From: the human T2T-CHM13v2.0 reference genome, Homo sapiens
Strand: one strand, 5' to 3'
DNA length: 64,000 nucleotides
NCBI RefSeq assembly: GCF_009914755.1
Contig: NC_060945.1
Both the position numbers and the translations under genes were made by a program. The notes under the pieces are model-generated. The model searched no databases, was not told the DNA's origin, and saw only the letters and a list, made by a program, of their open reading frames with translations. Numbering within the stretch: position 1 is the first letter of the stretch; each line of letters begins with the position of its first letter. This document shows, one piece after another, positions 15,091 to 28,785 of the stretch.

Positions 15091-18000
15091 CACAAAGACT
15101 TCTTACCTTACTCATTCTTCTCAGCGGCTCTGGAGATATCTTACCTCTTCTTCCAACCAGAACTTCTTTGGTGAGCAATAACCCACTAACCCAGAAGCTT
15201 GAGGGTAAAACAGAGCTAATACTGCTGGAAATCAAGTCCAGAACTTTGATAGCAGTGGCTTTATTAGTGTAAGTGCCATAACATGCTACTCTATGTGTGT
15301 GAGTGGGCAAGAGACAAGCAATGAGGAGGCTGCATATCTTGTGCCTTGGGGTTGTGCCTATTAATTTCTGAGGTTCACCTTGTTATCCTAATCTTAAAAG
15401 GATATGGCATTTCAAATTTGAGCAAAGACCCAAGGATAAGAGCTCACAACCTTTTGCCATTAGGAATAATGACGTGGAAAGGATGAACAATATAAACCAA
15501 TATGTTTGAAACATGTCCTCCTGTTTTTTATTATAAACTATTTTAAATGCTGACAAATTCATTTTTTATACAGCTATAGCATCTTAATGTTAGCTAATTT
15601 TACTATTTAGTAAATCTTCCATTCATTCCATCTCCTAGCCTCCAGTCACCCTTCATCCTGGGAGTGAAGGTCAGAGAATAGCAAGGAGGAACAACTAATT
15701 TAGAGGAAACCCTTAGACATTTCCTATGTAACCATTCAATTAGCAAAGAAACGCCAGCTTTAACGTCATCATTTGTGCCTTGACCCAGTGACTGCCCATT
15801 AAACAGAGGAAGGGCAAAGCCTATCAGTAGCTTAGCAACCAGCACATTTTCCTTCCCACTTAAGGTGAGCCTCTATTCAGCAGCAATTCCGGCCCAATTG
15901 ACGTTCATCTGGCTGAGTAGTTTCCTTCCCCTACTGAAATAGGAAGATCCTACAATTATGTGCTTCCCCACGGTCGAGATGTCAGGGATTAGACTCATAA
16001 AAGGCAAATCTTAGCCAATTGGATGAATATCAAGAATAGAGTACAATTCCCAAATTAGAGAGTCTATAAAATACCGTCTATTTACCACCTTTTTTTACCC
16101 TCCGTGATCTTATAGCCTATTTGCCTCTTTTTCTAGATTGCCTTACTTAATTCTCTGGCGGGAATGAGGCAGATAGATAAAAGAAAAGCAATTGATATGC
16201 ATGAATTTAATCTCACAAACGGAGTATTTTGTTTATCAAAGCAGAAAAGATACCCTTAGGGATAACTTTATTCACAATACCATGAGTAAAGTAAATTTCA
16301 AGACAACATTTGAGGGTAAATAAACTATTCTAAAAGGTCTGTCAAGAACCATTATCCTTGAAAATGTTAGCAATAAATAACATAGGTTTCAAGGAAGTTC
16401 TACAATAGGGTAAAGCAAATATGTTAAACTAATTTTCATTTTGGTAAAGAAATAATATTTTGAGAAATATTAATGTAACTTGGGTTTGAAAAATGCTGTA
16501 TCAAATGTGAGATTTTTTTAATCTCATGGACAGTAAAATGCTATTCTCTGAAACAGATGAAAATATGCTTTTTTATTAAATAATATATTTCAAACGTAAC
16601 ATATTTATTATGAAATTGTGCTATGATCTTAAATATATTCTAAATTTAGGTAAATTAAAAATTATTCTAGTAATTGGACAAACTATTTCTGTCGAATTGT
16701 GATTTGTGTGCATGCAAATGGAGATAAATTTGACTAAACTCCATAATGTAACATTGTCAATTTTTTCTAAAACGTGTAACCTCTTCAGGTTCTGAGTCTA
16801 GGAACTAGGCAATTGCCTCTTTGCTTACAAATAAAATATTTGGGATATGTAAACAGTGGTTAACTGTCACTTGTGAATTATTATTGTTCAAATGGTAGGC
16901 TCTTAGGAGTAACTTCAAAATTATTTTAACAATATATTTTTCATCAAAAATATGTCTTTAATGTTGATGTTTCATTCTTTATTACTACAGAAATGGTACC
17001 TTAGTTTATTAAAGTTTTTCTACCACATGAAGCATACACAGTATTTAGTATATGGTCAGATGGTTTAACCTCAATTTCTGGTTGTTTTCTGTTAAGAACT
17101 GAAAGAATAGGAGTAAACCATGTGAAACAGGAAAAGAGGTCAAAGTTGGTCATAACTTTAAACAGCTGGGGCTCAATCGTTGGCCACCTTAAAGTTGCAT
17201 GAGGGAGGGAAAACATGGGCTTTCCTTCACTGGCTTTAATCCTCCCGTGGTCAAGGGTATCCCCAAGAGATGTTAGCTTTTCTACATTACGAGGTTTTTT
17301 TTAAGCCTCACCTGTACCAGGCAGATCCCTTTCAGAAAAGCCTGAGAAAAATGCTAAGAGATTCTTGGCAGAGCTGAAGCAAGATGCTGTCAGGTTCAGC
17401 TCTGTGAAGCTGATTGTACAGCTGGAGTAGAGGTGAGCTGAGAGGACTTCACAGTAAATATAAGAGGTGTCCTATGGGGTGCATCTTTGCTCAGATATCC
17501 CCCTAACGAGCTCCATTAAGTCAAATTCATGAGAGAAACTTCAAGGATGCGGACCAGTTGTAATCTGTTCTAAAGCCTTCACACTGAAGAATTAGTGAAG
17601 TAAGTTCCAGTCTCCTGTACAGCCACTGGTACTGATCATTGTTTTCATTGCCTCTTCTCTCCACTTTTCCTTCTATATCTCCCTCACCTTTGAACAGCAC
17701 TGTGGGATGCATAGGTTGTTTGCTTAGTCAGATAATATCAGTCTTCATCCTCAAAGGATCTAAGGTCTTAGTTGCTTTATATTCGCAAAGCTGTGGTTGC
17801 TGCAATTGTATTCTTACAACTAGTGCTGAGAATACAAGCACCATGAAATGAATGCCCTACTTAATGCCTCATGTTCAGAAAGTAGACCTTCTTACCCTCC
17901 TTAGTAGCAGCAACCTCAGCTCCTATATTCAAGCTGAATTACCCCTCAACAGTATAATAACTCTTCGTTTTGTCTGCTCATTTGCTACAAAAGCACAAAG

Positions 18001-18091
18001 TAACTACGTTTTACTTTCTGGTTGAGTGGTTCCTCTTCTGTACGAAACAGGTGCTCCTAAGCAGGACAAATTGTTCTTTTTATACTTACCA

Positions 18092-18515
18092 GTGTTGCCA
18101 GGCTATGGTCCTCTGTTATTCAATCAAAGACTAATCTAGGTGTTTCTGGGAAGGTATTTTATAGAGATGATTAAAATACATAATTAGCTGACTATAACTG
18201 AGGGAGTTTCCCTAGATCATCTGAGTAGGCCTGATTTAATAGTTGAAAGGTCTTCAGAGCAGAGCTGAAGTATCTCTGGAGAATAAGAGATTCTGCATGA
18301 CGACAGCAGCTTCAGACTGTGCCCAAAACTTGTAGCCTGCCTTTCCTGATGGCCTGCCCTACACATTTTGGACTTTCGGACTTGCCTGACTGTATCTTAT
18401 AATCACACAACATGCAGGCCAATTCCTTGAAAAAAAAAAAAAAATCCCTCCTTAACCCCTGTAGGTACTGCTTCTCCTACTAGATCTGTTTCTTTGATTG
18501 AATCATCCCGACCCA
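18092..18515 (+). mobile_element. ERVL LTR fragment, MLT2C/D-like
   Basis: 'actaatctaggtgtt..gaaggtatttt', 'ggcctgccctaca..ttttggactt', 'gccaattccttgaaa', 'tctcctact.g.tctgtttct'. Confidence 0.7.
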
Positions 18516-19427
18516 GTAGGTTCTGTCTCTTTCTGTCTCTAAGTTACCTATTGCCTGGCACATTGTTTTAAAGTAACAAGCTTGGGCAAATTAGTGATTT
18601 GTCACAATTTGTACTTACAGCTCTTTTATATGCCCTCTAAACACTATCAACTTTAATTTCTTTTTATACCACATCTTTTGTTCTATAACAAATTTCCATA
18701 AATTCTTGCTGAGATATTAGTTGGACATGTAACAGACAACAGATAGGATGTTAACTAAAAGAATGTCAATGTCACCAAGAAACTGAACAAGAGCCAAGTT
18801 TCTAAGGAATGCAAACAACATGGGCAGATGACAAGTGACGGGTCTAATATTTTTATATTAGCCATTATTTTTGCACAGACTCAATAAAGAATTAATTAAA
18901 TACCCCTTTGGAACCAGGGCCATTTCAGTGAGTTACAGCACTTGAAACTAAAATTGAACATTTTAAAATGAACATGTCCCATGAGGTAAACATTCTCTAC
19001 TGAAATATGGTCAGCTACTATGAAAACCTAATGATTTATCTTTTGAGACCCATAATTAAATAATAAGTCTCAAACCAATAGTATTGAGATAAACAAATAT
19101 TTATAAATTCTGGGTCATTGAATGATAGAAGACATAGTATCTTAAATTTAGCTGACTGATTTAACGTGATCAAGCCATTTGTAAGTGGATACCAATATTA
19201 ATGAATATCTTTTATTAAACCCTAATACTACTTTTGTTTATTTAATATATATATTTCTTAAGTATATGTAGCTGTTTATTTTATATATATATTTATTAAG
19301 TATATGTAGCTATACATTTAATATATATACATATACTTTAATATATATAATTTAGAAATCATATCTTTATATCTATACCTATATCTCCCATGAAGTTGAA
19401 TTAATCTCAGAAAACTGAGGCAACATC

Positions 19428-19840
19428 TGTATTTGTCAGTATGAATTCCTGTATGCTACAGTAACAAACAGTTCCCCGTATATCAGGCAGAAGTTAGTAT
19501 TTTGCTCATGCCACATACCCCATGCGCATTAGCAGCTGCCTCTGCTCACACAGGGCACACATTAGCAGCTCCAGTCTGCTTGATGGAGGCTCTACCACCT
19601 CAATCACAAGGTTTCATGGTTGTGTGCTGCCTCATAGCTCATCATCTTGTAACTATACCATCTTCAACATGTGGCCTTGATGTAAGCTCAGTAAGCTAAG
19701 AGAGAAAATGGAGAATTGTGTATAAACTTTTTATTACTTCACCTCCAGTGTGGATCATACTACTCTTGCTTACATTTCATTAGCTAGGAATAATTATGTG
19801 AACCCAACCAAGGTGACTGGAAAACACACAGAACAGTAAG
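19428..19840 (-). mobile_element. Old MaLR LTR (MLT1I/J/K-like)
   Basis: 'tatgctacagtaacaaac', 'ttgctcatgc', 'tgcttacatttcattagctag'. Confidence 0.55.
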
Positions 19841-20515
19841 TAACCAGAGTGCTTGTTGAGTACCCTTTCTTCATTACAGTCCTCTCTTACAGTCTGCAAT
19901 GTACTTCCTTTTCTCTCATCTTCTTACATAAAGACTCACTCAACTTCTCCCAAAGAGGTACACCCAAAAGTCTCATGCACTCTTTATTTTCTACTCAAAA
20001 GATCTCCAGAGATGTGTGGCATATTAATTAATAAATAAAAATATGTAGTCAAAGAGGCAAAATAACTTATTATATTATTTTGATGTCTGTCAGAAGGTAG
20101 AAAATATAATAACAGCTATTAGAATCCAAGATATGTTACAAATACATGAAAGTATTTATAGATTTATACAGGTTACAATGAGTAATTTCCAAGTCTGACA
20201 ATTGTGTTAATTCCAAGATTTGAAGTATCATTCTTTAAAAAGTTATGGTTAATGAAGAGTGAAATACATCAATAATTCTGGGACATAGGAACAAAATATT
20301 AACATAGGAAGAGAGAAAAGAAACAATTTGGTATAAATAAGCAGTCACTCTAAGTTTCTTAGGACTTACTATTTGATGACTAGGGGCTAAGATGATATGT
20401 ACACTTATTTACTTAATTTAATTTTCCTTTCTTCCACCACTTGTTGACCTATTATAAATATAGAATTCCTAGCACATTAAGGTACTATGTGATATTTTTG
20501 TGTTTTTTCTTTGTC

Positions 20516-21084
20516 TGTATTAGTCACAATTCTCCAGAGAGATCGAACATAGGATATATATAAATAGATATATGAAAGGAGATTTATTAGGGAGAAATTG
20601 AATCACACAATTACAGAGACTGAGAATTTACTCATATAATTATGGAAGCTAAGAAATTCCATAATAGGCAGTCTGCAAGCTGTAGTACCAGGGAAGCCGT
20701 TAGTATGGCTTAGTCCAAGATGGAAGGCTTGAGAACTCTTAGTTTGAAAGCAATGGCCCAAGAGCCCCGGGGACCACTGGTGCCAGGCCTGGGGTCCAAA
20801 AGTCAGAGAACTTGAAGTTCTGATTTCTAAAGGCAGAAGAGTGTTCAGGCTCTGGAGAGAAATAATTTCTCCTTCCCCTGCATTTTTTGTTTTTTAACAT
20901 CCATGCCCCTTACCAATTGGATGGTGCCACCTACATTGAGGGTGAATCTTCCCCATTAAGTCCACAAACTCAAATGCAAATCCCCTCTAGAAACACCCTC
21001 ACAGACACAACCAGAAATAATTATTTACCAGTCATTTGGGATCCCTCAACACAGTCAAGTTGACACCTACAATTAATCATCACA
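20516..21084 (-). mobile_element. ERVL solo LTR, MLT2B-like
   Basis: 'tgtattagtca..ttctccagagaga', 'gtctgcaagctg', ends 'cagtcaagttgacacctacaattaatcatcaca'. Confidence 0.85.
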
Positions 21085-22430
21085 GTATCTCAACAGTTGA
21101 AATGGAATAGAAGGCTAAGTTAACAATTGTTTCCTATACACTTTGCTTGACAAAATACATGAGCTGTTCAACAGTCATCTTTGCCTTTGGGGTTCCTTTA
21201 CAATAGAAGATGGAGGAAGAATAGCAGGATACGTAGTGAGTAATATTTAAATTAGTGAAATAAATACAATTAATATTGAATCATCTTGCTATTCTCGTAG
21301 ACCCCAATTGGAAACAGTGCAATGTAATAAAAAGTGCACATAACTCAGCTGCTTTAATTTCTACTTTAGAATGAAAAAGCATTAATCTGTCAACAAACAG
21401 AAATCATCAACTCAAACTATTGAAGATAATGCAAATGCAAGACACATTAATATTTTCAAAGTATTAAAAACCAGTGAATAAAAGAAAGTATATATAAAAA
21501 TTGTATGCATTTCTCAATCAAAATTAAACATATTTGTTGATTATCATCATGAATAAATATGAGGGCTACAAACAAATTTACTGTGTGGAAGTACCTTTGA
21601 AACATCATTTAAGTAGAATTAAAATTTGCTAAATACTAAATTTGAATGTATTATTTTGTCTGGAAGTTACATGGAAATTCCTTAGCATACTTATCATTTC
21701 TATCTCTTATAAAAGTAAATTTACTTAATATAGTCTGTGCTCCCATTGTAGACATCAGTCTCTTATTAGGTATATGGGACTAAAGTTTAGACCATGTCCT
21801 GTGGGACCCAGTTAACTCTCTCCAATCCCAGCTCATGTTATTATCCTTCTTACACATGATGTGACAAATGAATGCCAGTGGCTACAAGGGCAGGTGAATA
21901 AAACTAACATTCCAAGATAGAATTAAGCCTCAGGTTGAAATTCTCTATGAAGTAAATGCTGTTTATTTGGTTTCTGTCCCCTGTGGCACCAAAATTTTAA
22001 ATTTAGCCATTTGGTAGAACTAGGGTAGTTTCTATATGATGTTAACTTCAGAAAGTTAACTTGAGCAGGACTAAATGTTTCTTAACTTGGAAATTTATGG
22101 CCATGGTTAAACATCTGAGAAAGATTGATTCCCCCATTTGATTAAAATAAAAAACAAGTAAACAAAAATTTCTAGATAAATACATGTATGCATGTATACA
22201 CATATACCCACATATTACACATATATCTATATACATAGATATAGACATACAAATATAAAGACTAAATAAATTTCTTACACTGTGTTAGATCATCTTATCA
22301 TAAAGCCATAGAGTGTGGGGAAGAAAACAGTCTACATGTCTATGTATTTGGCTGGTGGAGATCCTCTTTTGCAGGTTTCATTTATTCCTGTTCAATAAAA
22401 TCTTGTCTGTAGTGTATGCTGGGATTACAT

Positions 22431-22720
22431 TTTTTCCCTCCCTCCCTCCCTTGCTTGCTTCCTCTCTCCATCCTTCCCTCTCCTCTTTCCTTCCTTCTTT
22501 CTCTCCCTTCTTTCTTTTTTCTTCCTCCTTCCCTCCTTTCTTCCTTCCCTCCCATTTTCTTATCTCCTTTTTCCTTTTCTTCCCTTTTTCCTTTCCTTTC
22601 CTTTTTTCTTTCCTTCCTCTCCTGTCTTCCCTTCCTTTCCTTCCCTCCTTCCTTCCTCCCTTTCTTCCTTCTTCCTTCCCTCTCCCCCACCTTTCTTCCT
22701 TCTCTCTGTCTTTCTTTCTT
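22431..22720. repeat. ~290-bp polypyrimidine (TTCC/CTTT-rich) low-complexity tract
   Basis: Almost only C and T on the + strand. Confidence 0.95.
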
Positions 22721-22905
22721 CAGACCCTGATCACTGAGATATAATCACTGCGTATGTATTTTTTCACAGAGTGGACCTTAAGTACCCATGTCTCACCAAC
22801 CTGAGCCCACAAGTTCTACCAAATCTGAAATAAGACAAATTTCTGCTCTTACTACTGCAGGCACTCTGAATTTTTCTTCTGCTCTGAATGGAGCTTTATG
22901 CTTGA

Positions 22906-23235
<330 letters not shown>

Positions 23236-23239
23236 AGGA

Positions 23240-23485
23240 TATCTTATTAGTACAGCCACCCTACCTTCTCATATAAAGCATCATTAACTCAGGCCCTTGT
23301 TAGTTTCCTTCATATTACTTCTCAATTAATATTTATTTATTTGCTTCTGTGGTTATTGCCTATTTCATCCATTTGAATTTAACTTTCAAGCGGGCAGGGA
23401 TCTTTTCTGTTTTTGTACCATTTTTCCCAGCACCTAACACTGTGTGGCACACAATGGGAGTTCAATAAATCATCTGTTAATGAAG
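23240..23485 (+). mobile_element. L2 3' end
   Basis: 'gggcagggatctt...cccagcacctaacactgtgtggcaca...ttcaataaat..tgttaatgaa'. Confidence 0.7.
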
Positions 23486-23559
23486 TGATTATTATAATTA
23501 TTGATGTAACTTTATGCAGGGCTTCTTGGTGAGCTGACCCACTTAGTGAGATGGCCTCG

Positions 23560-23815
23560 TTCATAAGTCATGCCTGATATTCTGTGGGATGATTGTAAGT
23601 TGTAAATCACAGGAGAGTTTTCAGCGGGGCAGGGTTTTTGGAACACGGTATTAGTTACTGGTGGCCTCCAGTAGAGGTGGGTGTAACCCTAGGAAACAAC
23701 CATTACTCAAAGGCAGTTTTCTGAAATCAAAATGCATTGGATACCATTCTCAGCACTCACAATGGTGGGACCAGCAAAGGGGATCTGGGAAGCGCAGCAA
23801 CAATTCTTATCACCA
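23560..23815 (-). mobile_element. Old ERVL LTR fragment (LTR16/LTR33-like)
   Basis: Ends 'aaggggatctgggaagcgcagcaaca', resembling the reverse-complemented LTR16/33 5' end. Confidence 0.4.
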
Positions 23816-24839
23816 TCCATTCAGCTGAATCAATAATGTGATTCTAAGAGCAATATTCTTTAACATATGTTCCTTAATCCAATATCTTCAGGGTACTTTT
23901 GAGTATGAGAACTTATGAAAGCTTTAACTAAACCAGATTGATAGGCATAACATAAAAAGAAATTAGTTTCTGACCTCTAATAGTAAAATTGAGCTTAGTT
24001 TTATTTCATTTGATAATAATTTCACAACCCATTTGGAGGAAAGATTCCTGTTCGTTAGTTAATAAATTAACTCTGAAGGCCTGAAAGTGTACCCAAGAAT
24101 GCTCAGATATTCTTCAGAAGTGATTTTTCTGTTGGAAACTTAGAATAGGATACTTGGAACACTCTAGTTTGGCTAATGGCAAGGGACCCACTTCTTTGAT
24201 GAAGTCATTCAGATCTGGATAGTGTCACCATGAAAAAAAATGATTCCTCCAATTTTTTACTATAAGGAAACCTATCCATTGGACATAATGTTCTCTTCTT
24301 TTGAAGGAACATAATTAAAATAGTGGAAAAGAAACTGCCACTTCAGAGTTGTTTAAAAATGATTTAACACTTTAATTTCTGTGTAAAATGTCTATGCTTA
24401 AAAAAAAAAAAATAAGGCCAGGGTAAGTGATGCAACTCTGTTGCTTTGGAGTCGGTGAGATGAGAGATTTGCCTTTCATCTATTTGGGAGCAAAAGATGA
24501 GCTGCCAAAATTAAACAATTTTTAATTTGTACTAAATATAAGAAAAGTCTATATTAACACATGTTAAATATAAGAAAAGTAACTTTTATTTCTCTTTTGG
24601 TAGACAAATTTTTATCAAGCACATCTACTGTTTTGATTAAATGTATCTGAAAACTCTCAAGTTATAGGTGCCACAGGAGAAAAAAATGACAAAATAATAT
24701 TGTTGCAAATACATTATGTAATTTTAGAAGATCAGAATCCTATACCTTCAGAAGTAGGAAGTAAATGTCAAGCAGCATAGTCATTCTACTAACCTCCTGG
24801 TATAGTACTTCCTATTGGTGGGTTAAACTTTCTTCTAGA

Positions 24840-25085
24840 GTAGCAAATTGTTATGCCTTTTGTTCTGAAGACCTCTTTATACTCCTGAAGAATGTAAAAC
24901 ACAAAAAATACACCAGCAACACATTCCAATATCAGCCCTAGTGATGATATCATCACATGTTGTCACCTCTGAGAAGTCCAGCATACACTTGAAAGAGGAT
25001 GAAAATAAAAAGACAAATAATGCCTTAGTATTACTCAGAAAATAAGTTATGTTCCCACAGACCCATTGAAAGAGCTACAGGTATT
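24840..25085 (-). mobile_element. hAT DNA transposon fragment, Charlie1-like
   Basis: 'atcatcacatg..cctctgagaagtccag..tacacttg..aaaaagacaaataatgccttagtatta...cagaccc..tgaaag'. Confidence 0.65.
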
Positions 25086-26379
25086 CTAGTGCCATATTCA
25101 TTTTATAAAGAAAATCTAAGGGATTGACTAGAAGATGGGAATTGACAGTTGTTCAATATTACATTCTTTTGCACTCAGTATAACAATATTGTAATTATTA
25201 CAGAAGAAGCTGAGGTGCATTAGTTGGCAAATAATCTAAACATAATTTAACACATTGTTATATTAAATGTATTCATTTGCCTAATCCCAATCCTCATATA
25301 TTATATATTTTTCTTGCTTAATTATTTCTTAATATGTTTATAGTAAAGCAAACAATTTAATCAAAGTCCACTTACTTAAATTAAAAAAAAATCTATTACG
25401 CTCTTTGAATACCTAATTTATATTTTTAATATGAAATGTGGATTCTGAGCAATCTGTTTAAATACATACTATTTAAAGCCCTAAATTAAAACATACATAC
25501 TACATTGAGTACATATCTGCTTGTACTATCAGGATAACTTTCTGTAAGGTGCGACTTTTCAAATGTTTACTGTACTAATCATACAATTAAATGGTTGCAA
25601 TTTAGTAGTTCTTGTAAAGAATTTGCATTCTAAATAATAATCTAATGACTCATATATGTGTTTCTAGCCTTAAAGACTCCTTTTTACAAGACAAATTGGA
25701 AAAAGACAATAAATTTCCTATCAAGATTTGTATCTCCAGATGGTCTAGATAATTACAGAAAAATTCAGAGACATTTTGAAATGTCTTTTTCTTAAGGAGA
25801 AGAGACAGATTTAATTTAGGACTAGGACTGAAAGTCTGAATTCAGACAATACTCATCCTTAGCCAGTATGTTACTCAGCAAATCCAGGTGATATGAAAGA
25901 AAGGGAAATTCATTTGGCAGAGAGTTCAAAGGATATTTATTTAAGCCACACCAAAAAAAAAAAAAAAAAGTAATAAATAGTTTCTAATGAAACTTGTCAT
26001 GAAAAGAAAGTTCCAACAAAAGTGTGAACAAATATATTCCTTTAAGTCCTAGTCACAGATTGTTACAGTTTAAATCTGAGTCACAACCAGGTATAGAAGA
26101 TGATAATTTGGAGGTCCAACAATTACCTACTTTTAAGGTTTTGGGGATTTTTTTTTTTTTTAGATAAAACCAATATCTATTTTAGAAATTATCTAAAAGA
26201 CTCTAAGGCTTTGATACATCTTTCCTGAGTATATCACTTTGAGTTTATAGAATATTTAATGTAGCTGAATCTTTAATGAAATGCGACACAATTATTTTGA
26301 AAAAAATTTGACACGTATTACTCCCGTATTAAATATGTAATGGACGTCAGTTAAGATCTAGCTAGAATCATATTGTTTT

Positions 26380-26580
26380 TAGAATTTACAAATCTCCTTG
26401 TCATACCTTTTCATTGAGACTCACATTTTCACTGAAATGTAGGTATTAAGGCCATCGACCCTATTTTAGGTTTTAGGAGACTCAGGCTAAGGAAAAAAGA
26501 GTGACTTTCTGTGGGTCCTAGAGAGATAGGACTCAGGTCTTCTGAGTCTTAATATAATATTTTTCCATCACACCATAGCT
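26380..26580 (-). mobile_element. MIR
   Basis: 'ccctattttagg..ggagactcaggct..gtgactt...actcaggtcttctga..ttttccatcacacca'. Confidence 0.6.
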
Positions 26581-27165
26581 TTGTCTAGATTGAGTGACCA
26601 ACATACCGTTCTTTCTAGTTTCCTTATCCCCTTAGGAAATAAGAGATTAAACCTTGTTTAACTTCATTAGTAGCCTTATCAAAACCTATAACCTAAGAAG
26701 TCAAAAAAAGACTATCTCACCATCTCTCCCCTGAATATCTCTTGTTTCTTCACTAGTGAGTAAAATACATTGTTTCAGCAAATCGTTTTGCCATAACTAG
26801 ACACCAAAATTTAAAACTGAAAAAAGAAAACGTGATAGAAAAGTAAGATGGCATATCTTCACATTACAAGAAAATAAGTAAATAAAAATAAATCTGCCAG
26901 AGTGACTCCTTGATAATGGATAATAGGAGAAACAGTTTCAGCCAGGAGACTACGCCCTTCCGTTATGCCATACTTTCCTGGCTGAATTAAGAGTATCTCT
27001 CATCCCCCAGTGAGAACCTGTCTGAGCTAGCTTAAGATTTTTATCATTCAAGAAAATTCCATTTGGAAGTGAGACTCTCTAGATAACTTGGAGACACCCA
27101 TAATAAATTATCGTACGTGCAGATAACCTTCCAAGATAGTATTTAGTGCTCAGACAGACTGCTTT

Positions 27166-27240
27166 TATCAGTTTAAGCTATATGAAATTGCCATTGTTTT
27201 GGGGTCAAACCAGTTCGATAATTTCATATGGTGCATCTCA
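27166..27240. mobile_element. MADE2 mariner-derived MITE
   Basis: Inverted repeat atatgaaatt (27180-27189) / aatttcatat (27220-27229) around 'gccattgttttggggtcaaa'. Confidence 0.75.
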
Positions 27241-27259
27241 GACTTCACTTGTATAAGAA

Positions 27260-27485
27260 AGCAAGATACTTTCATTAAGAGTATGAGCTTTAGAGTCTAA
27301 AGATCTTTATTTATATGGAAGCACTTGCTCATACTAATCAGGGAAGGTTAATTAACTCTCAAATGGACATGATTATAATTGAGGTAGGGCCTATAGAGTT
27401 GCTATGAGGATTAACTGAAACTACAAATACAGAGTCTAGCACAGTATGGTATCAGATTGCTATTCAATAAATAATGGATATTATA
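27260..27485 (+). mobile_element. MIR
   Basis: 'ttaagagtatgagctttagagtc...tagagttgctatgaggattaa...tagcacagt..ttcaataaat'. Confidence 0.7.
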
Positions 27486-28589
27486 GGGCTAATATTGTTG
27501 CTGAGGTCCTGTATTCTAACTGTGAACCCTATCTAGCTGTTGCACCCAGAAAGACTTGCTATTTACTTCTGATAAACTTGGACTGCACCTCATTTTTTAG
27601 CATATTACTGTCATGGTTAGCCATACAGTCTCTTTCATAAATGGTTTTCTGAGGTCATCTATATGAGTGAACCCAGTTAGTGCTAATAATAGAATTTGGC
27701 CATGAAGCCTGTACCTGTTAATGCCAAGAAATCTCTGTGATTTGGAGGATAGAGCATCTTTAGCACTTGGATATATTTACACACAAGTTTTTGAGTCATT
27801 CAGAGATTTCACTTTTAATTCATATGTGGAGAATGTTTTAGTATTTATAATAAAATCAGGTACAAAATATAATATGTATTACTTCCAATATTTCACTGCT
27901 ATTTACTCTTGGCTCCAGGCAATCAAGAATCTTTAATTTGTTACTCTGTTTTCTCAGATATTCTTTTTAAACTATTCCTTTGAACTCATAAGGAGCTATT
28001 ACTTCTCTCAGCCATTAGCCTTTTCACACTTTTGCTCTTTCTGACCACTGTGTGCCAGAGATTGCAAATTCTTTGAGGTCAGGCTTTGTATTGTTTACCT
28101 TTGCATGTGACTAGCACATACACTTGCACATTACAAGAACCCCAACAATATATTATAAGTAGAACCAATTGGAAAATTCAAATGATAAGCAGATAATTGC
28201 AAAAATGTGTTTGCAAAATTATAGTTGGAAATTGGAACACTTGAAAATTTTTTTTTAATTTTTTTTTTTATTTTAATAGTGAGCCACATATTGGAGATGA
28301 TTTAAGGCTTGCAGACCGACCATGACTGCCAATTGACCCACACTGTAGCTGAAATAATACTACCAGAAAAAAATTCTACCACTGAGTCCCAATGACACTT
28401 CAATCCCCCTATTTGATGTTAGACTCGCTTGCCTCTAAGGCATGATCTTTTTGATGTGTGGGGATATAGAGTGTTGCTTGGGTTGCTGAGAATAAAGTTT
28501 GCAATGGCCAAGGAGACCTGGTTATACCAAGGGAAGATTTCTGCAAAAGGAAAATTCTTCAAGTTTCGATGTCCACGTTTGCATTTATA

Positions 28590-28785
28590 AGGGGCTGAAC
28601 AAGATGGTAGCCACTAGCTACATAAGCTACATAAGGGTATGTACATTAAAATTTCAATTAATTAAAAAGCCATTTCCTCAGCCATACTAAACATATTTCC
28701 AGTACTTAATAGTCCCATGAAGATGACACCTACAAAATTGGATAGCAGATATTTTCATCTCAGAATGTCTTATTGGACAGCACTA
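28590..28785 (-). mobile_element. MER3 (hAT-Charlie)
   Basis: 'atggtagccactagctacat...ttcctcag..actaaacatatttccagtacttaatag...tattggacagcact'. Confidence 0.75.

Noticed and set aside
22313-22744. Longest ORF in the window (143 aa) and its overlaps; similar ORFs at 63616-63956
   Set aside because: They are stop-free only because they cross C/T or G/A low-complexity tracts.
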